A stretch of 64,000 bases of DNA, from the sequence record OR670491, one strand, 5' to 3'. Both the position numbers and the translations under genes were made by a program. The notes beneath the pieces were generated by a model that worked only from the letters and a program-made list of their open reading frames with translations, did not search any database and was not told the DNA's origin. Positions 26,615 through 36,620 of the stretch are shown here, piece by piece (the first letter of the stretch is position 1; the number at the start of each line of letters is the position of its first letter). The stretch is from Escherichia phage vB_EcoM_JNE01.

Positions 26615-29410
26615 ATGTTAAACAATAATCCTAATATTGATAATATCGTACAGTTAATTTATGGTCATCACAAATTTCTTGAAAGAAACACTGGTGATAC
26701 AATTGACCCTACTGTACAGCACTATGTAATTAATGAACAAGGCGTATTGGCTAACAACCGTCATTTCATCAATCACTCCGCAATGGAAGGACAACCAAAT
26801 GGTGACGGCACAACAGAAGGTCAAAGTCTCCTTATTCTTGGATACATTTATGCGTATTTGGCAACCAACGACAATTTATTTCTTGAAAAAGCTAAATGGT
26901 ACTGGGATGCATATCATCAGTACTTCTATAATGGTAGAGAATTTCCTGATCCACCAACTCCGTTACAATGCAACTGGATTGTGAACGCAAAGGAACCAAT
27001 TCTAGCAAACTGGCCTTTGGCTGACGACGGATGGCCTACTCACGGTGGATTTAAAGGTATCGAGTTTCCTTTCGTTAATGGTCAATGCAAAGTGCCTCAT
27101 GGTGCTCCATATTATGGTGAGTATATTGATAAAGTTACGTTTGCATTCAAAGGTGCATTGGCATGGAATCAAATAAATGCATCAGTAAAAGCAATATTAC
27201 CTGATGGAAGTACAGATTGGGATAACCCTGGTGAGCAGTATGATGTTGATTGGGTTATAGATTTCTTAGGTCGTAAAGTTGATTGGGATGGAAACATTCT
27301 GGCTGAAGGTTTTGATGAATCTGAAAAAGGTACTGTCCAATTAAAAGACACTACACTCAATGGAACTTATAAACTAAACTTTGCCAACAGACAACCTATT
27401 GAATTTGGTGGTGTTTATATTGAACGTAACCAAATGCAACATAACCGTCCATTACACGTTCCAATTAGTTTAGAGTTTGCTGATAACGCGAGTGATGCCG
27501 AATTATGGTTCAGTGATGCTTCTTACTTGTTATATAAAATAACCAAAGAAAGAAAACATTATCTTGGCTGGAAATGTTCACTACTTACATGTTATGCATA
27601 CGGAGATATTGACGCAAAAGATAAATTCTTCCGTCAAAGTACAATTGTTACTACCCCATTTACTGATGGTATTTCATATGAATATTTCTATCCAAGTACT
27701 GCAATTGCTGAATTTGGAAGAAACTCACTTGGATATATTACAATTAAGCAACAAGAAAGTGCACAAAGTACACTTGAGCAACAGGCTATTTGGTTCAGAT
27801 TGAATACATCGTCCAGCTTAGTTGTTGATTACGGTGGTGTTTGTGTTGATGGGAAACCTTTATCATTTAAACCAGTACTGGAATTATCGAAAACAAAGAA
27901 TGAGCATGATACTGTTCGCTATCGCTGCGGTCTTCCAGAAAGTACCAATAGAGATATCAAACATTCAATAACACCGCTGAGTGCATTTGTTCGTGAGAAA
28001 AAAGATGATGGTTCCCCTTACATTATTGCAGATAGTAGAATTGTAGTTCCGTATGGTTCAGGTACATCAGAAATGTTATATAGTACTGATATTTTAGAAA
28101 CAAGACGAGACACTATTAACCAATTAGTTTGTGGTGAAGATGATGGTGCAGTTATTGGTTTCTGGTTACTTGATTCCGGTAAATCTGAAGTGAAAGCTTT
28201 TACTTATCGTTCATATGAAGATGATTATAACATCCGTATCGTTGATGATAATGGCTGGCGTTGGTGGTGGATGATTCCTGCAACCCACGGTGAATGGAGT
28301 ACAATAGAATTAACTGCTGATACTTTACATTTATCTGGATGGCAACCAAATCACCCTGATGACCCTGATCCTGCTGCTCCGGTATATACAGAATTAGAAG
28401 ATATTACAATTCTCCCTGATACGACTCCAGTAAATGGAGTTGCAGTACTGGATTGGTATTGTTTAAACGAGCTACCAGAACTGTACAACAACGAAGATGG
28501 CGATGACTACACTATGGCATTCGCCATTACAATTGCTGGTGAGAGTGCTTATACGGCTCTTTTAGGGGATTGTGTAATCAAAGATTATTTGCTAAACTCA
28601 TTACATTATACACCAGGAACTATCCCGTTCTCTAACATTACCGACCCATATGCTAGTCAGTACTCTGGATGGCGTGGATTACCATATCCTGGGTATCAGT
28701 ATCCTGTAATCTACTGTTTCGAAGATGTACCAGTTGACCATACACGCCTTGGTAATATGGTTGATTTCATGAAAGATTCTCAAGAGTGGTTTACTTCACA
28801 ATTCGGTACTGTTGGTCCTTGTGCTCAAGCATATGTATGGAACCGTTGGGATAACCTGAAATATGGGGAACCCGATACGTTTACTATGTTACACTGGGGT
28901 GATCAAGCGTGGAGTGGTTATGAACCTCGTGCATTCTTTGGTGCTTGTAGAGCATGGCAAGAACTACATGACCGTGGTGAGGAAGTTCCACAAACAATCA
29001 TTGATTTCTGTGAGAACTGGATTCATTTCTTGATTAAGTTTCAGAAAGACAATGATGGTCGCTCCCCGACGATTTTCAACAAAGATGGTACAGTTGAAGG
29101 TCCAGATTGGGACTTCACCGGACATATGTGTGGATTGTGGTTGGCAGGTGCATGTTGTGCTGGTCTTGCTGGATGTACCATTGAGGGATTAGATGAACTC
29201 GCTGATGGTTTAGTACTGGAACTTCAGAACAACTATGTGGTAGTTTCTCCTGGCTCTGTTATGAACGGTTCATGGAGTCCTGGTGTTCGTGAAGGTACTG
29301 ATAATGGTATGTTCTTCGGATTCTGGGCTGGTGAGATTATGCGTGGTTTAGGATTGTACTCAATGTACCGCCTTAACACACCTAACCGTTATGCTGCATT
29401 TCCTGGTTGA
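26615..29410 (+). CDS. large tail-associated protein, possibly glycosidase-like fibre/depolymerase
   Basis: 931 aa, Trp/Tyr/Gly-rich, follows fibre-like gene with RBS aggag; function not recognisable from motifs. Confidence 0.45.
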   Translation: MLNNNPNIDNIVQLIYGHHKFLERNTGDTIDPTVQHYVINEQGVLANNRHFINHSAMEGQPNGDGTTEGQSLLILGYIYAYLATNDNLFLEKAKWYWDAYHQYFYNGREFPDPPTPLQCNWIVNAKEPILANWPLADDGWPTHGGFKGIEFPFVNGQCKVPHGAPYYGEYIDKVTFAFKGALAWNQINASVKAILPDGSTDWDNPGEQYDVDWVIDFLGRKVDWDGNILAEGFDESEKGTVQLKDTTLNGTYKLNFANRQPIEFGGVYIERNQMQHNRPLHVPISLEFADNASDAELWFSDASYLLYKITKERKHYLGWKCSLLTCYAYGDIDAKDKFFRQSTIVTTPFTDGISYEYFYPSTAIAEFGRNSLGYITIKQQESAQSTLEQQAIWFRLNTSSSLVVDYGGVCVDGKPLSFKPVLELSKTKNEHDTVRYRCGLPESTNRDIKHSITPLSAFVREKKDDGSPYIIADSRIVVPYGSGTSEMLYSTDILETRRDTINQLVCGEDDGAVIGFWLLDSGKSEVKAFTYRSYEDDYNIRIVDDNGWRWWWMIPATHGEWSTIELTADTLHLSGWQPNHPDDPDPAAPVYTELEDITILPDTTPVNGVAVLDWYCLNELPELYNNEDGDDYTMAFAITIAGESAYTALLGDCVIKDYLLNSLHYTPGTIPFSNITDPYASQYSGWRGLPYPGYQYPVIYCFEDVPVDHTRLGNMVDFMKDSQEWFTSQFGTVGPCAQAYVWNRWDNLKYGEPDTFTMLHWGDQAWSGYEPRAFFGACRAWQELHDRGEEVPQTIIDFCENWIHFLIKFQKDNDGRSPTIFNKDGTVEGPDWDFTGHMCGLWLAGACCAGLAGCTIEGLDELADGLVLELQNNYVVVSPGSVMNGSWSPGVREGTDNGMFFGFWAGEIMRGLGLYSMYRLNTPNRYAAFPG

Positions 29411-29466
29411 CAACAAAATTTAAACTGATATAATGAGAACTTCAATATGAGGTTCTCATTTTTTTA
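29407..29466 (+). promoter_or_regulatory. overlapping promoter (TTGACA-16-TATAAT) and intrinsic terminator
   Basis: ttgaca 29407-29412 overlaps stop codon, tataat 29429-29434; hairpin ATGAGAAC...GTTCTCAT followed by T8. Confidence 0.5.
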
Positions 29467-29468
29467 AG

Positions 29469-29873
29469 GTGAATATAATGCTAAATCAAAATATCATGAA
29501 AGCTCTGAAAATCATCCAACACGAAGTTAGTCTGGTACAGAAAAGTACTGATCGTTATTGCCTGATGGAAGATATCCAAGAGCAAATTGAACTTATTCGT
29601 AAAAATAAGGCTGTTGTTTCTCAATCTGAATCGTTAGAGGCAATTGCTGATATCATTTCATCCAAAACTGGAACAGCACGTGAAAATATTCTCGGTGCAC
29701 GCGACCTCGAACAAAGCGAGATTGAACATTTATATAAGTTCGATAACTGCGATTGGATTGAGATGATTATGGAACTAGAAGATAAGTTCGATTTAGAGAT
29801 CCCTACACACTTTGAAAGCAGAGACACTACACTTGGTTCTTTAGTTAATTTTATTGATCTAAAATATAATTAA
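29469..29873 (+). CDS. hypothetical protein (weak ACP-like C-terminal helix motif)
   Basis: 134 aa; DWIEMIMELEDKFDLEIP resembles acyl-carrier-protein helix II region but lacks the Ser. Confidence 0.35.
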   Translation: MNIMLNQNIMKALKIIQHEVSLVQKSTDRYCLMEDIQEQIELIRKNKAVVSQSESLEAIADIISSKTGTARENILGARDLEQSEIEHLYKFDNCDWIEMIMELEDKFDLEIPTHFESRDTTLGSLVNFIDLKYN

Positions 29874-29916
29874 TAATGTACTCTAAATAATATCATCAAC
29901 TATAGGAGATATTATT

Positions 29917-30291
29917 ATGAGTATGCTAGAACTATTGCTTAAACATGTAATTATACCATATTGGAAACCATTATTAGTTGTTTTAGTAATGTCTGGATGT
30001 GTGTATGGTGGATGGGAAGCAAACAATTACTACACCGGATACAAAGAAAGCATTGATTTGAAAATTGAAAAACAAGTCAATGCTGCTTTGGATCAGATGC
30101 AACAAGAATCGGCTAAAAGTTATATTGAAACTAAGCAAATCATGCAAGATAATGCTAAGGTCATTGAAACTAAAATACCTTACATCGTTGAACGTGAAGT
30201 TTACTACAATGTATGTTTAGACCAAGATGGTGTGAATGTTCTTAAAGAACTAAAAGAAAATTCACGTAAAGCGAGGAATCAGTACAAATGA
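29917..30291 (+). CDS. i-spanin-like protein (Rz-like)
   Basis: N-terminal TM segment then coiled-coil-like charged region; immediately followed by overlapping lipoprotein gene. Confidence 0.45.
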   Translation: MSMLELLLKHVIIPYWKPLLVVLVMSGCVYGGWEANNYYTGYKESIDLKIEKQVNAALDQMQQESAKSYIETKQIMQDNAKVIETKIPYIVEREVYYNVCLDQDGVNVLKELKENSRKARNQYK

Positions 30292-30593
30292 AATATATTC
30301 TGATTTTATCATGTGCACTATTATTTGCTGGATGTGCTCAAAAAGTACAATTACCTGCTGACCGAGTAGTAAAGCAAGAGATTCTACTTGAGCGTTGTTC
30401 GTTTGATACCCCACTCCCTGAACAAATTGTTGTTGACAAACACGGCAATTCAGGATACTCTGGTAAAGAAGTTTTGGATGTACTACGTAAATGGGATTCA
30501 ATCTACAATGATTGTGCTCTAAAGCACGATGCATTAATTGACTTGATTCGTAAACTACAAGGTGAAAACATCACGGTCATTATTAAAGAGTAA
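30288..30593 (+). CDS. o-spanin-like outer-membrane lipoprotein (Rz1-like)
   Basis: MKYILILSCALLFAGC signal peptide with lipobox FAGC; ATGA overlap with upstream gene. Confidence 0.5.
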   Translation: MKYILILSCALLFAGCAQKVQLPADRVVKQEILLERCSFDTPLPEQIVVDKHGNSGYSGKEVLDVLRKWDSIYNDCALKHDALIDLIRKLQGENITVIIKE

Positions 30594-30603
30594 GGACATT
30601 TGA

Positions 30604-31200
30604 ATGAAGAAATATCAGGTTTACTATAAAACTAATTTAGATTTAATTCATAAACTATCTACTACTGGAGAAGGTACTAAGCGTTATACTTTCAATAAGG
30701 TAACATTCAGATACTTCCCACAAAAAGTACTGACATTTGTTAAAAATTGCAAATGCATTGCTTGTGGTATCGAAGGAACCGAAGTTCGTATTGAACGTTC
30801 TCACAGTAACGATCCAATTTATGGTAAACCTCATCTCAATGTCTATGCAGTGTGTGGATTGTATGAAGTACTCATGACCGTAGATCATAACCATCTGGCT
30901 TCTAAAGGCGGGTCTGATTTAGAAAGTAATTTTAATACCATGTGCGTTCACTGTAATCAAATGCGTTCAAATAAAACTGAAACAGTTCAAGAATTTCTTG
31001 AAAATGTTAAAGGTCGAAATCTATTAGATGAACACATGAAACTTTTTTTCGATAAACAGGAAAAGAAAAAGAACCCTTCTAATAGAAAGCCAGAAACAAT
31101 CGCTTATGAAAAATGGTGGAATGAAGAACATTTATGGCATTACCGTGATTATCTTCGTAAATTGAAAAAAGAAGAAAAAGCTTTACTTAAACAAAAGTAG
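30604..31200 (+). CDS. HNH endonuclease
   Basis: CxxC ... VDHNHLASKGGSD ... NFNTMCVHCN: HNH motif with zinc-binding cysteines. Confidence 0.7.
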   Translation: MKKYQVYYKTNLDLIHKLSTTGEGTKRYTFNKVTFRYFPQKVLTFVKNCKCIACGIEGTEVRIERSHSNDPIYGKPHLNVYAVCGLYEVLMTVDHNHLASKGGSDLESNFNTMCVHCNQMRSNKTETVQEFLENVKGRNLLDEHMKLFFDKQEKKKNPSNRKPETIAYEKWWNEEHLWHYRDYLRKLKKEEKALLKQK

Positions 31201-31251
31201 TATGTATAATGGGACTTGAGAAATCAAGTCCTTTTTTTATAGGTAAAATAT

Positions 31252-31608
31252 ATGAAAACTAAAATCTTTCTACCACAAACCATGATGGAACTGTGTGAAC
31301 ATGATGCAGGAGATGTAGTCACTATTAGTGGTTCCTGGATTGAGAGTACTGAAGACTTTATGCCAGATGAGGTTTATTCTGTTGTTTTAAATGAACAGTA
31401 CAATACAAGCCGTTGGAATGCACAGTACAATCTAGTTTTTCTTGACAAGAACAATGAAAAGTACTATCATTGTACGTATGAACGAGGTCTGACAGAACGT
31501 AACTACACAACTCCTTTCTGTGATGAAATGGATGGTGTAAAGTGCTATGAAGTTTCTGTTCGTCAGGTTCCAGTTGTTACTTACAAAACCGAGTGGGATT
31601 ATCTGTAA
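31252..31608 (+). CDS. hypothetical protein
   Basis: 118 aa ORF with AT-rich upstream region. Confidence 0.45.
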   Translation: MKTKIFLPQTMMELCEHDAGDVVTISGSWIESTEDFMPDEVYSVVLNEQYNTSRWNAQYNLVFLDKNNEKYYHCTYERGLTERNYTTPFCDEMDGVKCYEVSVRQVPVVTYKTEWDYL

Positions 31609-32006
31609 TGCTTAAAGATTTAGATTTTTCAAATTTAGAGATCATCAGTGCAGTGAAGAACATTACTGATATGGATGATGAAAAAGGTGTAATGGTAACT
31701 ATCACTTTCGTAAAGGAAGAGGATAGCTATAAGCATCTTACTGGAATTGAAGAACTAATCCACAAGACCAATCTCGAAAACGATGGTAAGCTTATCAAGC
31801 TTCAGGCATCCTATTCCCAAAAAACGTCATTTTTTGTAGACCTAAATAATGTAGTCAAGGTGGTATACAATCATCCTGACAACAAATACAGAAGCACAAC
31901 ACGAAACGAAGAAGCAGCCATCGACACTAATATCAAAGATGATGTCGAATTTGTTAATACAGTTTTTGAGCGTTGTGCACCTGAATTGAAAAAAGTATAC
32001 TTATAG
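31608..32006 (+). CDS. hypothetical protein
   Basis: Start at ATG 31608 overlapping upstream stop (TAATG); ORF-track start 31593 also possible. Confidence 0.45.
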   Translation: MLKDLDFSNLEIISAVKNITDMDDEKGVMVTITFVKEEDSYKHLTGIEELIHKTNLENDGKLIKLQASYSQKTSFFVDLNNVVKVVYNHPDNKYRSTTRNEEAAIDTNIKDDVEFVNTVFERCAPELKKVYL

Positions 32007-32007
32007 T

Positions 32008-32037
32008 TTGGGAAATACTCCAGAAAAGTGCTATAAT
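32008..32037 (+). promoter_or_regulatory. sigma70-like promoter with extended -10 (TGcTATAAT)
   Basis: ttggga (weak -35) then tgctataat at 32029-32037; directly upstream of the non-coding island. Confidence 0.45.
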
Positions 32038-32043
32038 GTATAG

Positions 32044-32568
32044 TGAAAATGACAATGGGCGGTGTAAGCCGGATAACGAGAACCTAATTCTCTTGAAAAT
32101 GTAAAGGATAGATGAGCTTTACCATTGTAGCGATGAGCAAAAGAAACCCGTAAGAGTACTAGCAGCCATTCCAACAAGGCATAAGAACTACGAATCACGG
32201 CGAAGCGGCTCAATAAAGAACTCCGACAGCATAACAGAGAGTTCCTCGATAGACTTATAAGGATCGCACCTTACCAGATTTGCTAAGGGAGTTTAACTCA
32301 ATAAATGCGGTCGCAATTTTTCACAAGAAAGTTGCGTCCAAATTTTGAGTAAACAAGTACTACTTTGGTCGAATAGAGTTAGTACTTTGTGCTGGGGATG
32401 AAAAGACCAGTGACCGTTGCATATGACTGCGATAGAGAGAAACAGAGCAACCCGCTTTCGTTCTCTTAAATTAGACGAGAAAGATCCGTCTAAAATTTGA
32501 GAAATTCGCAATTCGACAATTCCGATGCCATCAGCGTCAAGAAGAGACTTAATTGTCTCTTTTTTATT
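32044..32568 (+). ncRNA. candidate structured non-coding RNA (~0.5 kb), family unknown
   Basis: No credible ORF on either strand; GC-richer than flanks; own promoter and terminator; multiple hairpins; two ~33 nt imperfect direct repeats (A(C/G)AAGAAAG(T/A)T(G/C)CGTC(C/T)AAA(A/T)TTTGAG(T/A)AA) about 150 nt apart. Confidence 0.35.
32541..32568 (+). terminator. intrinsic terminator
   Basis: AGAGAC-TTAATT-GTCTCT followed by TTTTT. Confidence 0.6.
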
Positions 32569-32572
32569 ACTT

Positions 32573-32594
32573 TCATTCCCCTGCGGGGGGATGA
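32573..32594 (+). other. stable 9 bp hairpin with UGCG tetraloop
   Basis: TCATTCCCC-TGCG-GGGGGATGA, nine pairs including one G-U; no U-tract after it. Confidence 0.5.
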
Positions 32595-32700
32595 AATGTC
32601 CTCAACAAATCCCGTCAAGCTTTTAAAGTACAATATAAAGGAATGAATGAGTTTACGAAGTAAACGATATGAATTCTTGAGTTACGAAGGAACGAAGTGA

Positions 32701-33129
32701 ATGAGTAACACAGCGAATATTTCAAATAAATCTGAATTCACACAAGAGTTGTTTAATGTGTTTTTCAAATATCAAATATTAGAAGAGAGTCAATGCTTTC
32801 AGCTTTATTACAAACAAGTCGGTAGTACATACAACAACTACAAAGAACCTAATTTTTATAAAGAAATTTTGGATTTTGCAGTTAATATAAGAAATAACAG
32901 ACCAATAGCAATACTGTTTTTTGACAGATCTATTCCAGTAGAAGTACCTAATCACATTTACTTCATTGAACCAGAAGATTTATCTTCAAAGAATCAATTA
33001 GATTACTTAAGGAATTGTATACTGATAGTATGTGATGAAGTGAAGTATAACCGTCAGTTGAGATGGGATATACGTCATCAAAGAGTACTCAGGGACATGA
33101 ATCCCGAATTAGCCTTTATAATTAACTAA
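32701..33129 (+). CDS. hypothetical protein
   Basis: 142 aa; its start region (gaatgagt) is duplicated about 50 nt upstream as a 6-codon mini-ORF. Confidence 0.5.
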   Translation: MSNTANISNKSEFTQELFNVFFKYQILEESQCFQLYYKQVGSTYNNYKEPNFYKEILDFAVNIRNNRPIAILFFDRSIPVEVPNHIYFIEPEDLSSKNQLDYLRNCILIVCDEVKYNRQLRWDIRHQRVLRDMNPELAFIIN

Positions 33130-33160
33130 ATATCATAGAAGAACTCTAAGGAGAGATTTT

Positions 33161-33601
33161 ATGGAAAATATTGAAAATTTAAGACATGTAATGGACTTCA
33201 TTGGAAGTACTGAAGAAGATAGTGCATACGATGAAGTACTACTTACTTTTATTGAAAATAGTTTATTTCTATCTAGTTTAGCTCATAGTTGGCATTTACA
33301 ATGTCATTTCTATACTAAGCACTTACAGTTAGATGAACTATATAAAGACTTACCAGAGTACGTTGATGCATTCGTAGAAGGTATTATGAATAATCGCGGT
33401 GCTTTGCAGGTTGGTACTGGACATAGTTACAAATTCACCCCAGTGGAAGAATGTGTTCCTATTCTTGAAGAATATGTTGAGCAATGCAAAGCAATTCATG
33501 CTATGCTTACTGAAGCTGAAGACTATGGCAGTACTAACACACTAGAAGATATTATGAGTTTTGTTGAAGGAATGCTTTACAAACTCAAAGTTTTACAATA
33601 A
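33161..33601 (+). CDS. hypothetical protein
   Basis: 146 aa; RBS aaggagag. Confidence 0.5.
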   Translation: MENIENLRHVMDFIGSTEEDSAYDEVLLTFIENSLFLSSLAHSWHLQCHFYTKHLQLDELYKDLPEYVDAFVEGIMNNRGALQVGTGHSYKFTPVEECVPILEEYVEQCKAIHAMLTEAEDYGSTNTLEDIMSFVEGMLYKLKVLQ

Positions 33602-33608
33602 AATATAC

Positions 33609-33640
33609 GGAGAGTCCATAACGGATTCTCCTTTCTTTTG
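33609..33640 (+). terminator. intrinsic terminator
   Basis: GGAGAGTCC-ATAAC-GGATTCTCC then TTTCTTTTG. Confidence 0.55.
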
Positions 33641-33650
33641 GAGAAAATTA

Positions 33651-34004
33651 ATGAGTGAATACCGAGTAACAACTGGCCTAATGGCACGTTTAGTAGAAGC
33701 TGTACCTGAAGATGATTATGAATCTGTTTCTGACCGTCTATTCGAAGCTGACTCTGGCCTTCATATTACATATGATGGTTCATTAATTTTCAGTACTGAT
33801 GTTGATGTTCCTGCATATGAATTTGATATTTCAATTGGTACTAAACTAAGCAAAACTGCATTTATTGAAAAGTGCTTACGTGAAGGTTTTTGTGTTGATG
33901 AAAATTCAATTGAACCATATGTATCAGTATGGTGTGATAATGCTGATAGTCCAATGTCAACTACAACAATTGGTGATTTTCTAAATGCAAATCAAAAAGA
34001 TTAA
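33651..34004 (+). CDS. hypothetical protein
   Basis: Start refined to ATG 33651 after the terminator; ORF-track start 33561 overlaps upstream gene. Confidence 0.5.
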   Translation: MSEYRVTTGLMARLVEAVPEDDYESVSDRLFEADSGLHITYDGSLIFSTDVDVPAYEFDISIGTKLSKTAFIEKCLREGFCVDENSIEPYVSVWCDNADSPMSTTTIGDFLNANQKD

Positions 34005-34377
34005 ATTCCATCAGCATTCTTCCTATCATGATTGTGATGACTGTGGGATGATGATAAGTGATATTTACACTGTTTCATGTAAAGGGTTTACATTCACTCA
34101 TGGTGAACCTGCTTATTGCTACGGCAATGAAGAAGGGGATATCGAAATAGTACTAAAAGAGTTGTTTCAGTACTTGCAAAGCGAAGGTCATGATGTTACA
34201 ATGCCCACATATTATGAAGATGATTATGAATCACATGTAGAAGAAAATACATATTATAATCAATTCGTACATGGTAATGGTTTTATTACATACCTTCATG
34301 AGAATGGTATTGAGGTAAAAACCAAGTTCACCAGTGATGACTACGATAGTGATGATTCTATGGAGATTGAAGAATGA
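33985..34377 (+). CDS. hypothetical acidic protein
   Basis: 130 aa, Cys/His pairs near N-terminus, acidic C-terminus. Confidence 0.45.
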   Translation: MQIKKIKFHQHSSYHDCDDCGMMISDIYTVSCKGFTFTHGEPAYCYGNEEGDIEIVLKELFQYLQSEGHDVTMPTYYEDDYESHVEENTYYNQFVHGNGFITYLHENGIEVKTKFTSDDYDSDDSMEIEE

Positions 34378-34943
34378 AGGCCAAAGATTTAGCGGCATTA
34401 CTGATGCAGAATCCTGAAATGGAAGTGTATCATGAAAATTGGCACAGTGATGATATGTGCGAGGTATATTATTCCCCAGAAACAATTGATGGGATTGAAA
34501 TTACTCCCAGTGGTGTATTCATCAAGACTGCAAGTGTTGATTTCAATGACAGTCGTGAAATTAAACTCCCGTGTGATAAACCAATCATTGGAACAATTGA
34601 CCTAGTATTCCACCAGGAACGTCAGATTGATACTGAAAATGAAGATGGTGAACAGGTTGCTGATGTTGCCAATGTCATTTTCCCTTTTTACTATTCTGAT
34701 TCACAACCAATGCACGGTAATGATTTCTTCCGTGAACTTTTGGAAGATGGTGAGGTATATGGTCGTGATGGAAATGTATTTGCACTTGATGAGAACTACG
34801 AACCAGACCACAACACTTGGCAGTTCTATACACCAGAAGATGTTATGGAAGTAAAAGTACTAACATCATTTGACGAACAGTGGAATGTACAGTATACTTC
34901 AATGAAGTTTGAAGAAGCTAAAAAATACTTTGAAACCAAATAA
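34374..34943 (+). CDS. hypothetical protein (N-terminus paralogous to 10832 gene)
   Basis: 189 aa; ATGA overlap. Confidence 0.5.
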   Translation: MKAKDLAALLMQNPEMEVYHENWHSDDMCEVYYSPETIDGIEITPSGVFIKTASVDFNDSREIKLPCDKPIIGTIDLVFHQERQIDTENEDGEQVADVANVIFPFYYSDSQPMHGNDFFRELLEDGEVYGRDGNVFALDENYEPDHNTWQFYTPEDVMEVKVLTSFDEQWNVQYTSMKFEEAKKYFETK

Positions 34944-34968
34944 GATTATCAAATAAGGATCTAATAAT

Positions 34969-35253
34969 ATGAAAATTGTTGCAAGTGCGTGGATGGGATT
35001 TGAGGATAAAACTACTGGTTACGAATCTAGCCTAATCGTTGAAAGTACTGAAGAATTAAAACGATTTAAAGCTGAAACCGATGATGATGTATTTGATATT
35101 GTATACACTTATCATCTCATCCCTAACGATACCGACTATGACAAATATTATTATGATCCAGACAGCCTCATGGAGCTAGTGTCTTGTACTGAAAATGAAG
35201 TAAATGAGACAACGGCACTACTAATGTTGAGTACTGTCCCAGCAAAGGGGTAG
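34969..35253 (+). CDS. hypothetical protein
   Basis: 94 aa ORF with RBS. Confidence 0.45.
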   Translation: MKIVASAWMGFEDKTTGYESSLIVESTEELKRFKAETDDDVFDIVYTYHLIPNDTDYDKYYYDPDSLMELVSCTENEVNETTALLMLSTVPAKG

Positions 35254-35256
35254 TTT

Positions 35257-35742
35257 ATGTATACACTTATTTTCTTACGTGAGCCAGACGGTGACAGTAC
35301 TGATGGTGTTGTTGAATTTCATGGTGCTGACTCCATTGTTGCAGTAGAACGACTTATCAAAGCTGTTGTTCGTAGGCAGGTTCTTCTTGAACGTACTAAC
35401 AAAGGAAAATACACTTATGGTGAATGTGGCTTTGTACTGCTGAAAAATGGCGAATTAGTTGATGAATACAATAGTTCTTTTTCAAACATGTATTCTGATT
35501 TTGAATGTATTTCTCAATCTAAAGAAAAATACAGCATAAACAAAGTTGTGCAACAAATTTCCAGACTTCTATCAAGACAAACAAGTTTTATCAATGACCA
35601 GAAAACTGATGAGCGATTCGTATCAAATTCATTAAAACCTTTGTATGAACGTTTGGAAAAAGAAAATATGGAGCGTAAACGTCTAAAAGAATTGATGGAA
35701 AAGTATCCTGATATGGTGAAAGAATATGGCAAAGAGATCTAA
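35257..35742 (+). CDS. hypothetical protein
   Basis: 161 aa. Confidence 0.45.
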   Translation: MYTLIFLREPDGDSTDGVVEFHGADSIVAVERLIKAVVRRQVLLERTNKGKYTYGECGFVLLKNGELVDEYNSSFSNMYSDFECISQSKEKYSINKVVQQISRLLSRQTSFINDQKTDERFVSNSLKPLYERLEKENMERKRLKELMEKYPDMVKEYGKEI

Positions 35743-36046
35743 TTTATCATATGAAGCATGTGAAACATACATGACCAAAGATGGAAAGGAACATCGAGGG
35801 GTTAAGCCAGAGTACGTAGTGCTACGTGAAGTTCTGTTGAATGAAAGTTACGGCAGCAATCGCCGTAACAAGATCTTAGATTTACTAAGAAGCGGAATTG
35901 AAATTGCAGTAAATCGCAAGTACTCTGTCCAGACGAAAGATGATCCAGATATCAAGAAATTGATTAAGGACGGTAAAATTGAAATGTTCAATGTAGCTAC
36001 TGGTCCGAAATCAAAATGCACATACTTAAGGATTAAGAATGGGTAA
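35726..36046 (+). CDS. hypothetical protein
   Basis: 106 aa. Confidence 0.4.
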   Translation: MAKRSNLSYEACETYMTKDGKEHRGVKPEYVVLREVLLNESYGSNRRNKILDLLRSGIEIAVNRKYSVQTKDDPDIKKLIKDGKIEMFNVATGPKSKCTYLRIKNG

Positions 36047-36620
36047 ACTAATATATTACTATGGGAGTATGAGTTCAGGTAAAAGTACTAACTTATTACA
36101 AACAGCATACAACCATAAAAAGAATGGAATGGAAGTGGTTTATCTCACCAGTGCATTAGATGACCGATACGGGGTTGGTACGATTAAATCCAGAATTGGC
36201 ATCGAAGCCCAGGCAGAGATTATCCCAAAAGATGACAGTACTTTATTATTGGACATTAAGAAACGTCTTGAGAAGAACTTAGATATTAACAGTATCTATG
36301 TTGATGAATGCCAGTTCCTGAATAAAGAACAAGTTGATATTCTTTCTGAAATTGCAGATGAATACAATGTTGACGTTTACTGTTATGGTATTCGTACTGA
36401 TTTCGAAACAAATCTTTTTGATGGTTCACGACGTTTGTTCGAAATTGCAGATGAAATCCATCAGCTACATAATGTGTGTGAAAACCAAAAATGTGGTCAC
36501 CCAGCAACAATGAACGTCCGCATAGCAAACAGTACTGATAAAGTTTTCATTGGTGGTGATGAATCATATAAAAGTATGTGCAGAAAATGCTATAAAGAAT
36601 ACATGAGGAAAAAGAAATGA
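36039..36620 (+). CDS. tk: thymidine kinase
   Basis: P-loop YYGSMSSGKST, conserved VDECQF and C-terminal zinc-ribbon cysteines (CxxC ... CxxC); 193 aa typical of type II TK. Confidence 0.9.
   Translation: MGKLIYYYGSMSSGKSTNLLQTAYNHKKNGMEVVYLTSALDDRYGVGTIKSRIGIEAQAEIIPKDDSTLLLDIKKRLEKNLDINSIYVDECQFLNKEQVDILSEIADEYNVDVYCYGIRTDFETNLFDGSRRLFEIADEIHQLHNVCENQKCGHPATMNVRIANSTDKVFIGGDESYKSMCRKCYKEYMRKKK

Noticed and set aside
32031-32511. Two minus-strand ORFs (60 and 72 aa) inside the non-coding island
   Set aside because: Low-complexity, no RBS, antisense to a region with + strand promoter and terminator; more consistent with chance ORFs in a GC-richer non-coding stretch.
32007-32700. Group I or group II intron interpretation of the non-coding island
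   Set aside because: It lies between two apparently intact genes rather than splitting one, contains no homing-endonuclease ORF, and I could not spot conserved intron core elements by eye; the ncRNA hypothesis is retained.
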